This document shows, piece after piece, positions 13,401 to 29,600 of a stretch of 64,000 bases of DNA; the stretch's first letter is position 1; every line of letters starts with the position of its first letter. A program made the position numbers and the translations under genes. The notes below the pieces were generated by a model that saw only the letters and a program-made list of their open reading frames with translations, had not been told where the DNA came from and ran no database searches. The stretch spans positions 430,900,001-430,964,000 of the forward strand of contig OZ024740.1 of the NCBI GenBank assembly GCA_964016885.1, given 5' to 3'. This stretch comes from Eledone cirrhosa (taxonomy: Eukaryota).

Positions 13401-15450
13401 TGTTACTTAACTTAGCAGATGATATAGTGTTTCTTAACTTAGCAGATGATATAGTGTTACTTAACTGAGCAGATGATATAATGTTACTTAACTTAGCAGA
13501 TGATATAGTGTTACTTAACTTAGCAGATGATATAGTGTTACTTAACTTAGCAGATGATATATTGTTACTTAACTTAGCAGATGATATAGTGTTACTTAAC
13601 TTAGCAGATGATATAGTGTTACTTAACTGAGCAGATGTTATGGTGTTACTTAACTTAGCAAATGATATAGTGTTAATTAACTGAGGAGATGATATAGTGT
13701 TACTTAAAATAGCAGACGATATAGTGTTACTTAACTTAGCAGATGATATAGTGTTATTTAAACTTAGCAGATGATATAGTGTTACTTAACTGAGCAGATG
13801 ATATAATGTTACTTAACTTAGCACATGATATAGTGTTACTTAACTTAGCAGATGATATAATGTTACTTAACTTAGCAGATGATATAGTGTTACTTAACTC
13901 AGCAGATGATATAGTGTTACTTAACTTAGCAGATGATATAGTGTTACTTAACAGAGCAGATGATATAATGTTACTTAACTTAGCAGATGATATAGTGTTA
14001 CTTAACTTAGCAGATGATATAGTGTTACTTAACTGAGCAGATGTTATAGTGTTATTTAATGTAGCAGATGATATAATGTTACTTAACTGACGAGATGATA
14101 TAGTGTTACTTAACTTAGCAGATGATATAGTGTTACTTAACTTAGCAGATGATATAGTGTTACTTAACTTAGCAGAAGATATAATGTTACTTAACTTAGC
14201 AGATGATATAGTGTTACTTAACTGAGGAGATGATATAGTGTTACTTAACTGAGCAGATGATATAATGTTACTAAACTTAGCAGATGATATAGTGTTACTT
14301 AACTTAGCAGATGATATAGTGTTACTTAACTTAGCAGATGATATAGAGTTACTTAACTGAGCAGATGATATAATGTTACTTAACTTAGCAGAAGATATAG
14401 TGTTACTTAACTTAGCAGATGATATAGTGTTACTTAACTTAGCAGATGATATAGTGTTACTTAACTGAGCAGATGATATAATGTTACTTAACTTAGCAGA
14501 GGATATAGTGTTACTTAACTTAGCAGAAGATAAAATGTTACTTAACTTAGAAGATGATATAGTGTTACTTAACTTAGCAGATGATATACTGTTACTTAAC
14601 TGAGCAGATGATATAATGTTACTTAACTGAGCAGATGATATAATGTTACTTAACTGAGCAGATGATATAGTGTTACTTAACTGAGCAGATGATATAATGT
14701 TACTTAACTGAGCAGATGATATAGTGTTACTTAGCTTAGCAGATGATATACTGTTACTTAACTTAGCAGATGATATAATGTTACTTAACTTAGCAGATGA
14801 TATAGTGTTACTTAAATTAGCAGATGATATATGTTACTTAACTGAGCAGATGATATATTGTTACTTAACTTTGCAGATGATATAGTTTTAACTTAACTTA
14901 GCAGATGATATAGTGTTACTTAACTGAGCAGATGTTATGGTGTTACTTAACTTAGCAAATGATATAGTGTTACTTCACAGAGGAGATGATATAGTGTTAC
15001 TTAACTTAGCAGATGATATAGTGTTACTTAACTGAGCAGATGATATAATGTTACTTAACTTAGCAGAAGATATAGTGTTACTTAACTTAGCAGATGATAT
15101 AGTGTTACTTAACTGAGCAGATGATATAATGTTACTTAACTTAGCAGATGATATAGTGTTACTTAACTTAGCAGATGATATAGTGTTACTTAACTTAGCA
15201 GATGATATATTGTTACTTAACTTAGCAGATGATATAGTGTTACTTAACTGAGCAGATGATATAATGTTACTTAACTGAGCAGATGATATAGTGTTACTTA
15301 ACTTAGCATATGATATAGTGTTACTTAACTTAGCAGATGATATAGTGTTACTTAACTGAGCAGATGATATAATATTACTTAACTTAGCAGAAGATATAGT
15401 GTTACTTAACTTAGCAGATGATATAGTGTTACTTAACTTAGCAGATAATA
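10440..15450 (+). repeat. Nested 2.35-2.7 kb sub-duplication
   Basis: GTTAATTAAC at 10596/12944 and the ORFs at 11458/13806 are 2348 apart. TTTGCAG followed by AGTTTTAAC at 12171/14870 is 2699 apart. Confidence 0.85.
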
Positions 15451-18400
15451 TAGTGTTACTTAAATTAGCAGATGATATAGTGTTACTTAACTTAGCAGAT
15501 GATATAGTGTTACTTAACTTAGCTGATGATATAGTGTTACTTAACTGAGCAGATGATATAATGTTACTTAACTTAGCAGAAAATATAGTGTTACTTAACT
15601 TAGCAGATGATATAGTGTTACTTAACTTAGCAGATGATATAGTGTTACTTAACTTAGCAGATGATATACTGTTACTTACCTGAGCAGATGATATAGTGTT
15701 ACTTAACTGAGCAGATGATATAATGTAACTTAACTGAGCAGATGATATAGTGTTACTTAACTGAGCAGATGATATAATGTTACTTAACTGAGCAGATGAT
15801 ATAGTGTTACTTAGCTTAGCAGATGATATACTGTTACTTAACTTAGCAGATGATATAATGTTACTTAACTTAGCAGATGATATAGTGTTACTTAAATTAG
15901 CAGATGATATATGTTACTTAACTCAGCAGATGATATATTGTTACTTAACTTAGCAGATGATATAGTGTTACTTAACTTAGCAGATGATATAGTGTTACTT
16001 AACTGAGCAGATCATATGGTGTTACTGAACTTAGCAAATGATATAGTGTTACTTAACTGAGGAGATGATATAGTGTTACTTAAAATAGCAGATGATATAG
16101 TGTTACTTAACTTAGCAGATGATATAGTGTTATTTAAACTTAGCAGATGATATAGTGTTACTTAACTGAGCAGATGATATAATGTTACTTAACTTAGCAG
16201 ATGATATAGTGTTACTTAACTTAGCAGATGATATAATGTTACTTAACTTAGCAGATGATATAGTGTTACTTAACTTAGCAGATGATATAGTGTTACTTAA
16301 ATTAGCAGATGATATATGTTACTTAACTCAGCAGATGATATATTGTTAATTAACTTAGCAGATGATATAGTGTTACTTAACTTGGCAGATGATATAGTGT
16401 TACTTAACTGAGCAGATGTTATGGTGTTACTTAACTTAGCAAATGATATAGTGTTACTTAACTGAGGAGATGATATAGTGTTACTTAAAATAGCAGATGA
16501 TATAGTGTTACTTAACTTAGCAGATGATATAGTGTTATTTAAACTTAGCAGATGATATAGTGTTACTTAACTGAGCAGATGATATAATGTTACTTAACTT
16601 AGCAGATGATATAGTGTTACTTAACTTAGCAGATGATATAATGTTACTTAACTTAGCAGATGATATAGTGTTACTTAACTCAGCAGATGATATAGTGTTA
16701 CTTAACTTAGCAGATGATATAGTGTTACTTAACCGAGCAGATGATATAATGTTACTTAACTTAGCAGATGATATAGTGATACTTAACTTAGCAGATGATA
16801 TAGTCTTACTTAACTGAGCAGATGTTATAGTGTTATTTAACTTAGCAGATGATATAATGTTACTTAACTGACGAGATTATATAGTGTTACTTAACTTAGC
16901 AGATGATATAGTGTTACTTAACTTAGCAGATGATATAGTGTTACTTAACTTAGCAGAAGATATAATGTTACTTAACTTAGCAGATGATATAGTGTTACGT
17001 AACTGAGGAGATGATATAGTGTTACTTAACTTAGCAGATGGTATAGTGTTACTTAACTTAGCAGATGATATAGTCTTACTTAACCAGCAGATAATATAGT
17101 GTTACTAAACTGAGGAGATGATATAGTGTTACTTAACTGAGCAGATGATATAGTGTTACTTAACTGAGCAGATGATGTAGTGTTACTTAACTTAGCAGAT
17201 GATATAATGTTACTTAACTTAGCAGATGATATAGTGTTTCTTAACTTAGCAGATGATATAGTGTTACTTAACTGAGCAGATGATATAATGTTTCTTAACT
17301 TAGCAGATGATATAGTGTTACTTAACTTAGCAGATGATATAGTGTTACTTAACTTAGCAGATGATATATTGTTACTTAACTTAGCAGATGATATAGTGTT
17401 ACTTAACTTAGCAGATGATATAGTGTTACTTAACTGAGCAGATGTTATGGTGTTACTTAACTTAGCAAATGATATAGTGTTACTTAACTGAGGAGATGAT
17501 ATAGTGTTACTTAAAATAGCAGACGATATAGTGTTACTTAACTTAGCAGATGATATAGTGTTATTTAAACTTAGCAGATGATATAGTGTTACTTAACTGA
17601 GCAGATGATATAATGTTACTTAACTTAGCACATGATATAGTGTTACTTAACTTAGCAGATGATATAATGTTACTTAACTTAGCAGATGATATAGTGTTAC
17701 TTAACTCAGCAGATGATATAGTGTTACTTAACTTAGCAGATGATATAGTGTTACTTAACTGAGCAGATGATATAATGTTACTTAACTTAGCAGATGATAT
17801 AGTGTTACTTAACTTAGCAGATGATATAGTGTTACTTAACTGAGCAGATGTTATAGTGTTATTTAATGTAGCAGATGATATAATGTTACTTAACTGACGA
17901 GATGATATAGTGTTACTTAACTTAGCAGATGATATAGTGTTACTTAACTTAGCAGATGATATAGTGTTACTTAACTGACGAGATTATATAGTGTTACTTA
18001 ACTTAGCAGATGATATAGTGTTACTTAACTTAGCAGATGATATAGTGTTACTTAACTTAGCAGAAGATATAATGTTACTTAACTTAGCAGATGATATAGT
18101 GTTACGTAACTGAGGAGATGATATAGTGTTACTTAACTTAGCAGATGGTATAGTGTTACTTAACTTAGCAGATGATATAGTCTTACTTAACCAGCAGATA
18201 ATATAGTGTTACTAAACTGAGGAGATGATATAGTGTTACTTAACTGAGCAGATGATATAGTGTTACTTAACTGAGCAGATGATGTAGTGTTACTTAACTT
18301 AGCAGATGATATAATGTTACTTAACTTAGCAGATGATATAGTGTTTCTTAACTTAGCAGATGATATAGTGTTACTTAACTGAGCAGATGATATAATGTTT

Positions 18401-21400
18401 CTTAACTTAGCAGATGATATAGTGTTACTTAACTTAGCAGATGATATAGTGTTACTTAACTTAGCAGATGATATATTGTTACTTAACTTAGCAGATGATA
18501 TAGTGTTACTTAACTTAGCAGATGATATAGTGTTACTTAACTGAGCAGATGTTATGGTGTTACTTAACTTAGCAAATGATATAGTGTTACTTAACTGAGG
18601 AGATGATATAGTGTTACTTAAAATAGCAGACGATATAGTGTTACTTAACTTAGCAGATGATATAGTGTTATTTAAACTTAGCAGATGATATAGTGTTACT
18701 TAACTGAGCAGATGATATAATGTTACTTAACTTAGCACATGATATAGTGTTACTTAACTTAGCAGATGATATAATGTTACTTAACTTAGCAGATGATATA
18801 GTGTTACTTAACTCAGCAGATGATATAGTGTTACTTAACTTAGCAGATGATATAGTGTTACTTAACTGAGCAGATGATATAATGTTACTTAACTTAGCAG
18901 ATGATATAGTGTTACTTAACTTAGCAGATGATATAGTGTTACTTAACTGAGCAGATGTTATAGTGTTATTTAATGTAGCAGATGATATAATGTTACTTAA
19001 CTGACGAGATGATATAGTGTTACTTAACTTAGCAGATGATATAGTGTTACTTAACTTAGCAGATGATATAGTGTTACTTAACTTAGCAGAAGATATAATG
19101 TTACTTAACTTAGCAGATGATATAGTGTTACTTAACTGAGGAGATGATATAGTGTTACTTAACTGAGCAGATGATATAATGTTACTAAACTTAGCAGATG
19201 ATATAGTGTTACTTAACTTAGCAGATGATATAGTGTTACTTAACTTAGCAGATGATATAGTGTTACTTAACTTAGCAGATGATATATTGTTACTTAACTT
19301 AGCAGATGATATAGTGTTACTTAACTTAGCAGATGATATAGTGTTACTTAACTGAGCAGATGTTATGGTGTTACTTAACTTAGCAAATGATATAGTGTTA
19401 ATTAACTGAGGAGATGATATAGTGTTACTTAAAATAGCAGACGATATAGTGTTACTTAACTTAGCAGATGATATAGTGTTATTTAAACTTAGCAGATGAT
19501 ATAGTGTTACTTAACTGAGCAGATGATATAATGTTACTTAACTTAGCACATGATATAGTGTTACTTAACTTAGCAGATGATATAATGTTACTTAACTTAG
19601 CAGATGATATAGTGTTACTTAACTCAGCAGATGATATAGTGTTACTTAACTTAGCAGATGATATAGTGTTACTTAACAGAGCAGATGATATAATGTTACT
19701 TAACTTAGCAGATGATATAGTGTTACTTAACTTAGCAGATGATATAGTGTTACTTAACTGAGCAGATGTTATAGTGTTATTTAATGTAGCAGATGATATA
19801 ATGTTACTTAACTGACGAGATGATATAGTGTTACTTAACTTAGCAGATGATATAGTGTTACTTAACTTAGCAGATGATATAGTGTTACTTAACTTAGCAG
19901 AAGATATAATGTTACTTAACTTAGCAGATGATATAGTGTTACTTAACTGAGGAGATGATATAGTGTTACTTAACTGAGCAGATGATATAATGTTACTTAA
20001 CTGAGCAGATGATATAATGTTACTTAACTGAGCAGATGATATAGTGTTACTTAACTGAGCAGATGATATAATGTTACTTAACTGAGCAGATGATATAGTG
20101 TTACTTAGCTTAGCAGATGATATACTGTTACTTAACTTAGCAGATGATATAATGTTACTTAACTTAGCAGATGATCTAGTGTTACTTAAATTAGCAGATG
20201 ATATATGTTACTTAACTGAGCAGATGATATATTGTTACTTAACTTTGCAGATGATATAGTTTTAACTTAACTTAGCAGATGATATAGTGTTACTTAACTG
20301 AGCAGATGTTATGGTGTTACTTAACTTAGCAAATGATATAGTGTTACTTCACAGAGGAGATGATATAGTGTTACTTAACTTAGCAGATGATATAGTGTTA
20401 CTTAACTGAGCAGATGATATAATGTTACTTAACTTAGCAGAAGATATAGTGTTACTTAACTTAGCAGATGATATAGTGTTACTTAACTGAACAGATGATA
20501 TAATGTTACTTAACTTAGCAGATGATATAGTGTTACTTAACTTAGCAGATGATATAGTGTTACTTAACTTAGCAGATGATATATTGTTACTTAACTTAGC
20601 AGATGATATAGTGTTACTTAACTGAGCAGATGATATAATGTTACTTAACTGAGCAGATGATATAGTGTTACTTAACTTAGCATATGATATAGTGTTACTT
20701 AACTTAGCAGATGATATAGTGTTACTTAACTGAGCAGATGATATAATATTACTTAACTTAGCAGAAGATATAGTGTTACTTAACTTAGCAGATGATATAG
20801 TGTTACTTAACTTAACAGATAATATAGTGTTACTTAACTGAGCAGATGATATAATGTTACTTAACTTAGCAGATGATATAGTGTTACTTAACTTAGCAGA
20901 TGATATAATGTTACTTAACTTAGCAGATGATATAGTGTTACTTAACTTAGCAGATGATATAGTGTTACTTAAATTAGCAGATGATATATGTTACTTAACT
21001 CAGCAGATGATATATTGTTAATTAACTTAGCAGATGATATAGTGTTACTTAACTTAGCAGATGATATAGTGTTACTTAACTGAGCAGATGTTATAGTGTT
21101 ATTTAACTTAGAAGATGATATAATGTTACTTAACTGACGAGATTATATAGTGTTACTTAACTTAGCAGATGATATAGTGTTACTTAACTTAGCAGATGAT
21201 ATAGTGTTACTTAACTTAGCAGAAGATATAATGTTACTTAACTTAGCAGATGATATAGTGTTACGTAACTGAGGAGATGATATAGTGTTACTTAACTTAG
21301 CAGATGGTATAGTGTTACTTAACTTAGCAGATGATATAGTCTTACTTAACCAGCAGATAATATAGTGTTACTTAACTGAGGAGATGATATAGTGTTACTT

Positions 21401-24400
21401 AACTGAGCAGATGATATAGTGTTACTTAACTGAGCAGATGATGTAGTGTTACTTAACTTAGCAGATGATATAATGTTACTTAACTTAGCAGATGATATAG
21501 TGTTTCTTAACTTAGCAGATGATATAGTGTTACTTAACTGAGCAGATGATATAATGTTACTTAACTTAGCAGATGATATAGTGTTACTTAACTTAGCAGA
21601 TGATATAGTGTTACTTAACTTAGCAGATGATATATTGTTACTTAACTTAGCAGATGATATAGTGTTACTTAACTTAGCAGATGATATAGTGTTACTTAAC
21701 TGAGCAGATGTTATGGTGTTACTTAACTTAGCAAATGATATAGTGTTAATTAACTGAGGAGATGATATAGTGTTACTTAAAATAGCAGACGATATAGTGT
21801 TACTTAACTTAGCAGATGATATAGTGTTATTTAAACTTAGCAGATGATATAGTGTTACTTAACTGAGCAGATGATATAATGTTACTTAACTTAGCACATG
21901 ATATAGTGTTACTTAACTTAGCAGATGATATAATGTTACTTAACTTAGCAGATGATATAGTGTTACTTAACTCAGCAGATGATATAGTGTTACTTAACTT
22001 AGCAGATGATATAGTGTTACTTAACAGAGCAGATGATATAATGTTACTTAACTTAGCAGATGATATAGTGTTACTTAACTTAGCAGATGATATAGTGTTA
22101 CTTAACTGAGCAGATGTTATAGTGTTATTTAATGTAGCAGATGATATAATGTTACTTAACTGACGAGATGATATAGTGTTACTTAACTTAGCAGATGATA
22201 TAGTGTTACTTAACTTAGCAGATGATATAGTGTTACTTAACTTAGCAGAAGATATAATGTTACTTAACTTAGCAGATGATATAGTGTTACTTAACTGAGG
22301 AGATGATATAGTGTTACTTAACTGAGCAGATGATATAATGTTACTAAACTTAGCAGATGATATAGTGTTACTTAACTTAGCAGATGATATAGTGTTACTT
22401 AACTTAGCAGATGATATAGAGTTACTTAACTGAGCAGATGATATAATGTTACTTAACTTAGCAGAAGATATAGTGTTACTTAACTTAGCAGATGATATAG
22501 TGTTACTTAACTTAGCAGATGATATAGTGTTACTTAACTGAGCAGATGATATAATGTTACTTAACTTAGCAGAGGATATAGTGTTACTTAACTTAGCAGA
22601 AGATAAAATGTTACTTAACTTAGAAGATGATATAGTGTTACTTAACTTAGCAGATGATATACTGTTACTTAACTGAGCAGATGATATAATGTTACTTAAC
22701 TGAGCAGATGATATAATGTTACTTAACTGAGCAGATGATATAGTGTTACTTAACTGAGCAGATGATATAATGTTACTTAACTGAGCAGATGATATAGTGT
22801 TACTTAGCTTAGCAGATGATATACTGTTACTTAACTTAGCAGATGATATAATGTTACTTAACTTAGCAGATGATATAGTGTTACTTAAATTAGCAGATGA
22901 TATATGTTACTTAACTGAGCAGATGATATATTGTTACTTAACTTTGCAGATGATATAGTTTTAACTTAACTTAGCAGATGATATAGTGTTACTTAACTGA
23001 GCAGATGTTATGGTGTTACTTAACTTAGCAAATGATATAGTGTTACTTCACAGAGGAGATGATATAGTGTTACTTAACTTAGCAGATGATATAGTGTTAC
23101 TTAACTGAGCAGATGATATAATGTTACTTAACTTAGCAGAAGATATAGTGTTACTTAACTTAGCAGATGATATAGTGTTACTTAACTGAGCAGATGATAT
23201 AATGTTACTTAACTTAGCAGATGATATAGTGTTACTTAACTTAGCAGATGATATAGTGTTACTTAACTTAGCAGATGATATATTGTTACTTAACTTAGCA
23301 GATGATATAGTGTTACTTAACTGAGCAGATGATATAATGTTACTTAACTGAGCAGATGATATAGTGTTACTTAACTTAGCATATGATATAGTGTTACTTA
23401 ACTTAGCAGATGATATAGTGTTACTTAACTGAGCAGATGATATAATATTACTTAACTTAGCAGAAGATATAGTGTTACTTAACTTAGCAGATGATATAGT
23501 GTTACTTAACTTAGCAGATAATATAGTGTTACTTAAATTAGCAGATGATATAGTGTTACTTAACTTAGCAGATGATATAGTGTTACTTAACTTAGCTGAT
23601 GATATAGTGTTACTTAACTGAGCAGATGATATAATGTTACTTAACTTAGCAGAAAATATAGTGTTACTTAACTTAGCAGATGATATAGTGTTACTTAACT
23701 TAGCAGATGATATAGTGTTACTTAACTTAGCAGATGATATACTGTTACTTACCTGAGCAGATGATATAGTGTTACTTAACTGAGCAGATGATATAATGTA
23801 ACTTAACTGAGCAGATGATATAGTGTTACTTAACTGAGCAGATGATATAATGTTACTTAACTGAGCAGATGATATAGTGTTACTTAGCTTAGCAGATGAT
23901 ATACTGTTACTTAACTTAGCAGATGATATAATGTTACTTAACTTAGCAGATGATATAGTGTTACTTAAATTAGCAGATGATATATGTTACTTAACTCAGC
24001 AGATGATATATTGTTACTTAACTTAGCAGATGATATAGTGTTACTTAACTTAGCAGATGATATAGTGTTACTTAACTGAGCAGATCATATGGTGTTACTG
24101 AACTTAGCAAATGATATAGTGTTACTTAACTGAGGAGATGATATAGTGTTACTTAAAATAGCAGATGATATAGTGTTACTTAACTTAGCAGATGATATAG
24201 TGTTATTTAAACTTAGCAGATGATATAGTGTTACTTAACTGAGCAGATGATATAATGTTACTTAACTTAGCAGATGATATAGTGTTACTTAACTTAGCAG
24301 ATGATATAATGTTACTTAACTTAGCAGATGATATAGTGTTACTTAACTTAGCAGATGATATAGTGTTACTTAAATTAGCAGATGATATATGTTACTTAAC

Positions 24401-26238
24401 TCAGCAGATGATATATTGTTAATTAACTTAGCAGATGATATAGTGTTACTTAACTTGGCAGATGATATAGTGTTACTTAACTGAGCAGATGTTATGGTGT
24501 TACTTAACTTAGCAAATGATATAGTGTTACTTAACTGAGGAGATGATATAGTGTTACTTAAAATAGCAGATGATATAGTGTTACTTAACTTAGCAGATGA
24601 TATAGTGTTATTTAAACTTAGCAGATGATATAGTGTTACTTAACTGAGCAGATGATATAATGTTACTTAACTTAGCAGATGATATAGTGTTACTTAACTT
24701 AGCAGATGATATAATGTTACTTAACTTAGCAGATGATATAGTGTTACTTAACTCAGCAGATGATATAGTGTTACTTAACTTAGCAGATGATATAGTGTTA
24801 CTTAACCGAGCAGATGATATAATGTTACTTAACTTAGCAGATGATATAGTGATACTTAACTTAGCAGATGATATAGTCTTACTTAACTGAGCAGATGTTA
24901 TAGTGTTATTTAACTTAGCAGATGATATAATGTTACTTAACTGACGAGATTATATAGTGTTACTTAACTTAGCAGATGATATAGTGTTACTTAACTTAGC
25001 AGATGATATAGTGTTACTTAACTTAGCAGAAGATATAATGTTACTTAACTTAGCAGATGATATAGTGTTACGTAACTGAGGAGATGATATAGTGTTACTT
25101 AACTTAGCAGATGGTATAGTGTTACTTAACTTAGCAGATGATATAGTCTTACTTAACCAGCAGATAATATAGTGTTACTAAACTGAGGAGATGATATAGT
25201 GTTACTTAACTGAGCAGATGATATAGTGTTACTTAACTGAGCAGATGATGTAGTGTTACTTAACTTAGCAGATGATATAATGTTACTTAACTTAGCAGAT
25301 GATATAGTGTTTCTTAACTTAGCAGATGATATAGTGTTACTTAACTGAGCAGATGATATAATGTTTCTTAACTTAGCAGATGATATAGTGTTACTTAACT
25401 TAGCAGATGATATAGTGTTACTTAACTTAGCAGATGATATATTGTTACTTAACTTAGCAGATGATATAGTGTTACTTAACTTAGCAGATGATATAGTGTT
25501 ACTTAACTGAGCAGATGTTATGGTGTTACTTAACTTAGCAAATGATATAGTGTTACTTAACTGAGGAGATGATATAGTGTTACTTAAAATAGCAGACGAT
25601 ATAGTGTTACTTAACTTAGCAGATGATATAGTGTTATTTAAACTTAGCAGATGATATAGTGTTACTTAACTGAGCAGATGATATAATGTTACTTAACTTA
25701 GCACATGATATAGTGTTACTTAACTTAGCAGATGATATAATGTTACTTAACTTAGCAGATGATATAGTGTTACTTAACTCAGCAGATGATATAGTGTTAC
25801 TTAACTTAGCAGATGATATAGTGTTACTTAACTGAGCAGATGATATAATGTTACTTAACTTAGCAGATGATATAGTGTTACTTAACTTAGCAGATGATAT
25901 AGTGTTACTTAACTGAGCAGATGTTATAGTGTTATTTAATGTAGCAGATGATATAATGTTACTTAACTGACGAGATGATATAGTGTTACTTAACTTAGCA
26001 GATGATATAGTGTTACTTAACTTAGCAGATGATATAGTGTTACTTAACTTAGCAGAAGATATAATGTTACTTAACTTAGCAGATGATATAGTGTTACTTA
26101 ACTGAGGAGATGATATAGTGTTACTTAACTGAGCAGATGATATAATGTTACTAAACTTAGCAGATGATATAGTGTTACTTAACTTAGCAGATGATATAGT
26201 GTTACTTAACTTAGCAGATGATATAGTGTTACTTAACT
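11135..26238 (+). repeat. Large near-identical tandem duplication: an 8073-bp copy (~11135-19207) followed by a 6966-bp copy (~19208-26173)
   Basis: ORFs at 11458/19531, 13806/21879 and 16587/24660 are all 8073 (299x27) apart. Private variants ATCATATGG at 16011/24084 and CTTGGCAG at 16381/24454 share that offset. After the internal 1107-bp duplication the offset becomes 6966 (CTAAAC at 19185/26151). Confidence 0.93.
16870..19083 (+). repeat. 1107-bp (41-monomer) tandem duplication present only in the first copy of the large duplication
   Basis: GACGAGATTAT starts at 16870 and 17977. The following variant series (GTTACGTAAC, GGTAT, AACCAG, ACTAAAC, GATGTAG, GCAGACG, GCACATG, AATGTAG) appears twice in the same order. 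8073-1107=6966. Confidence 0.9.
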
Positions 26239-26689
26239 GAGCAGATGATATAATGTTACTTAACTTAGCAGAAGATATAGTGTTACTTAACTTAGCAGAT
26301 GATATAGTGTTACTTAACTTAGCAGATGATATAGTGTTACTTAACTGAGCAGATGATATAATGTTACTTAACTTAGCAGAGGATATAGTGTTACTTAACT
26401 TAGCAGAACATAAAATGTTACTTAACTTAGCAGATGATATAGTGTTACTTAACTTAGCAGATGATATACTGTTACTTAACTGAGCAGATGTTATAATGTT
26501 ACTTAACTGAGCAGATGATATAATGTTACTTAACTGAGCAGATGATATAGTGTTACTTAACTGAGCAGATGATATAATGTTACTTAACTGAGCAGATGAT
26601 ATAGTGTTACTTAGCTTAGCAGATGATATACTGTTACTTAACTTAGCAGATGATATAATGTTACTTAACTTAGCAGATGATATAGTGTT

Positions 26690-29600
26690 ACTTAAATTAG
26701 CAGATGATATATGTTACTTAACTGAGCAGATGATATATTGTTACTTAACTTAGCAGATGATATAGTTTTACTTAACTTAGCAGATGATATAGTGTTACTT
26801 AACTGAGCAGATGTTATGGTGTTACTTAACTTAGCAAATGATATAGTGTTACTTCACAGAGGAGATGATATAGTGTTACTTAAAATAGCAGATGATATAG
26901 TGTTACTTAACTTAGCAGATGATATAGTGTTATTTAAACTTAGCAGATGATATAGTGTTACTTAACTGAGCAGATGATATAATGTTACTTAACTTAGCAG
27001 ATGATATAGTGTTACTTAACTTAGCAGATGATATAATGTTACTTAACTTAGCAGATGATATAGTGTTACTTAACTCAGCAGATGATATAGTGTTACTTAA
27101 CTTAGCAGATGATATAGTGTTACTTAACTGAGCAGATGATATAATGCTACTTAACTTAGCAGATGATATAGTGTTACTTAACTTAGCAGATGATATAGTG
27201 TTACTTAACTGAGCAGATGTTATAGTGTTATTTAACTTAGCAGATGATATAATGTTACTTAACTGACGAGATGATATAGTGTTACTTAACTTAGCAGATG
27301 ATATAGTGTTACTTAACATAGCATATGATATAGTGTTACTTAACTTAGCAGAAGATATAATGTTACTTAACTTAGCAGATGATATAGTGTTACTTAACTA
27401 AGGAGATGATATAGTGTTACTTAACTTAGCAGATGATATAGTGTTACTAAAACTTAGCAGATGATATATGTTACTTAACTCAGCAGATGATATATTGTTA
27501 CTTAACTTAGCTGATGATATAGTGTTACTTAACTTAGCAGATGGTATAGTGTTACTTAACTTAGCAGATGATATAGTCTTACTTAACCAGCAGATAATAT
27601 AGTGTTTCTTAACTTAGCGGATGATATAATGTTACTTAACTGAGCAAATGATATAATGTTACTTAACTTAGCAGATGATATAGTGTTACTTAACTTAGCA
27701 GATGATATAGTGTTACTTAACTTAGCAGATGATATATTGTTACATAACTTAGCAGATGATATAGTGTTACTTAACTGAGCAGATGATATAATGTTACTTA
27801 ACTTAGCAGATGATATAGTGTTACTTAACTTAGCAGATGATATAGTGTTACTTAACTTAGCAGATGATATAGTGTTACTTAACTGAGCAGATGATATAAT
27901 GTTACTTAACTTAGCAGAAGATATAGTGTTACTTAACTTAGCAGATGATATAGTGTTACTTAACTTAGCAGATGATATAGTGTTACTTAACTGAGCAGAT
28001 GATATAATGTTACTTAACTTAGCAGAGGATATAGTGTTACTTAACTTAGCAGAAGATATAGTGTTACTTAACTGAGGAGATGATATAGTGTTACTTAACT
28101 GAGCAGATGATATAGTGTTACTTAACTGAGCAGATGATATAGTGTTACTTAACTTAGCAGATGATATAGTGTTACTTAACTTAGCTGATGATATAGTGTT
28201 ACTTAACTTAGCAGATGATATATTGTTACTTAACTTAGCAGATGATATAGTGTTACTTAACTGAGCAGATGATATAATGTTACTTAACTGAGCAGATGAT
28301 ATAGTGTTACTTAACGTAGCATATGATATAGTGTTACTGAACTTAGCAGATGATATAGTGTTACTTAACTGAGCAGATGATATAATGTTACTTAACTTAG
28401 CAGAAGATATAGTGTTACTTAACTTAGCAGATGATATAGTGTTACTTAACTTAGCAGATAATATAGTGTTACTTAACTTAGCAGATGATATAATGTTACT
28501 TAACTTAGCAGATGATATAGTGTTACTTAACTTAGCAGATGATATAATGTTACTTAACTTAGCAGATGATATAGTGTTACTTAACTTAGCAGATGATATA
28601 GTGTTACTTAACTTAGCAGATGATATAGTGTTACTTAACTGAGCAGATGATATAATGTTACTTAACTTAGCAGAAAATATAGTGTTACTTAACTTAGCAG
28701 ATGATATAGTGTTACTTAACTTAGCAGATGATATAGTGTTACTTAACTTAGCAGATGATATACTGTTACTTAACTGAGCAGATGATATAGTGTTACTTAA
28801 CTGAGCAGATGATATAATGTTACTTAACTGAGCAGATGATATAGTGTTACTTAACTGAGCAGATGATATAATGTTACTTAACTGAGCGGATGATATAGTG
28901 TTACTTAGCTTAGCAGATGATATACTGTTACTTAACTTAGCAGATGATATAATGTTATTTAACTTAGCAGATGATATAGTGTTACTTAACTTAGCAGATG
29001 ATATAGTGTTACTTAACTTAGCAGATGATATAGTGTTACTTAACTGAGCAGATGTTATGGTGTTACTTAACTTAGCAAATGATATAGTGTTACTTAACTG
29101 AGGAGATGATATAGTGTTACTTAAAATAGCAGATGATATAGTGTTACTTAACTTAGCAGATGATATAGTGTTATTTAAACTTAGCAGATGTTATAGTGTT
29201 ACTTAACTGAGCAGATGATATAATGTTACTTAACTTAGCAGATGATATAGTGTTACTTAACTTAGCAGATGATATAATGTTACTTAACTTAGCAGATGAT
29301 ATAGTGTTACTTAACTTAGCAGATGATATAGTGTTACTTAAATTAGCAGATGATATATGTTACTTAACTCAGCAGATGATATATTGTTAATTAACTTAGC
29401 AGATGATATAGTGTTACTTAACTTAGCAGATGATATAGTGTTACTTAAATTAGCAGATGATATATGTTACTTAACTGAGCAGATGATATATTGTTACTTA
29501 ACTTAGCAGATGATATAGTTTTACTTAACTTAGCAGATGATATAGTGTTACTTAACTGAGCAGATGTTATGGTGTTACTTAACTTAGCAAATGATATAGT

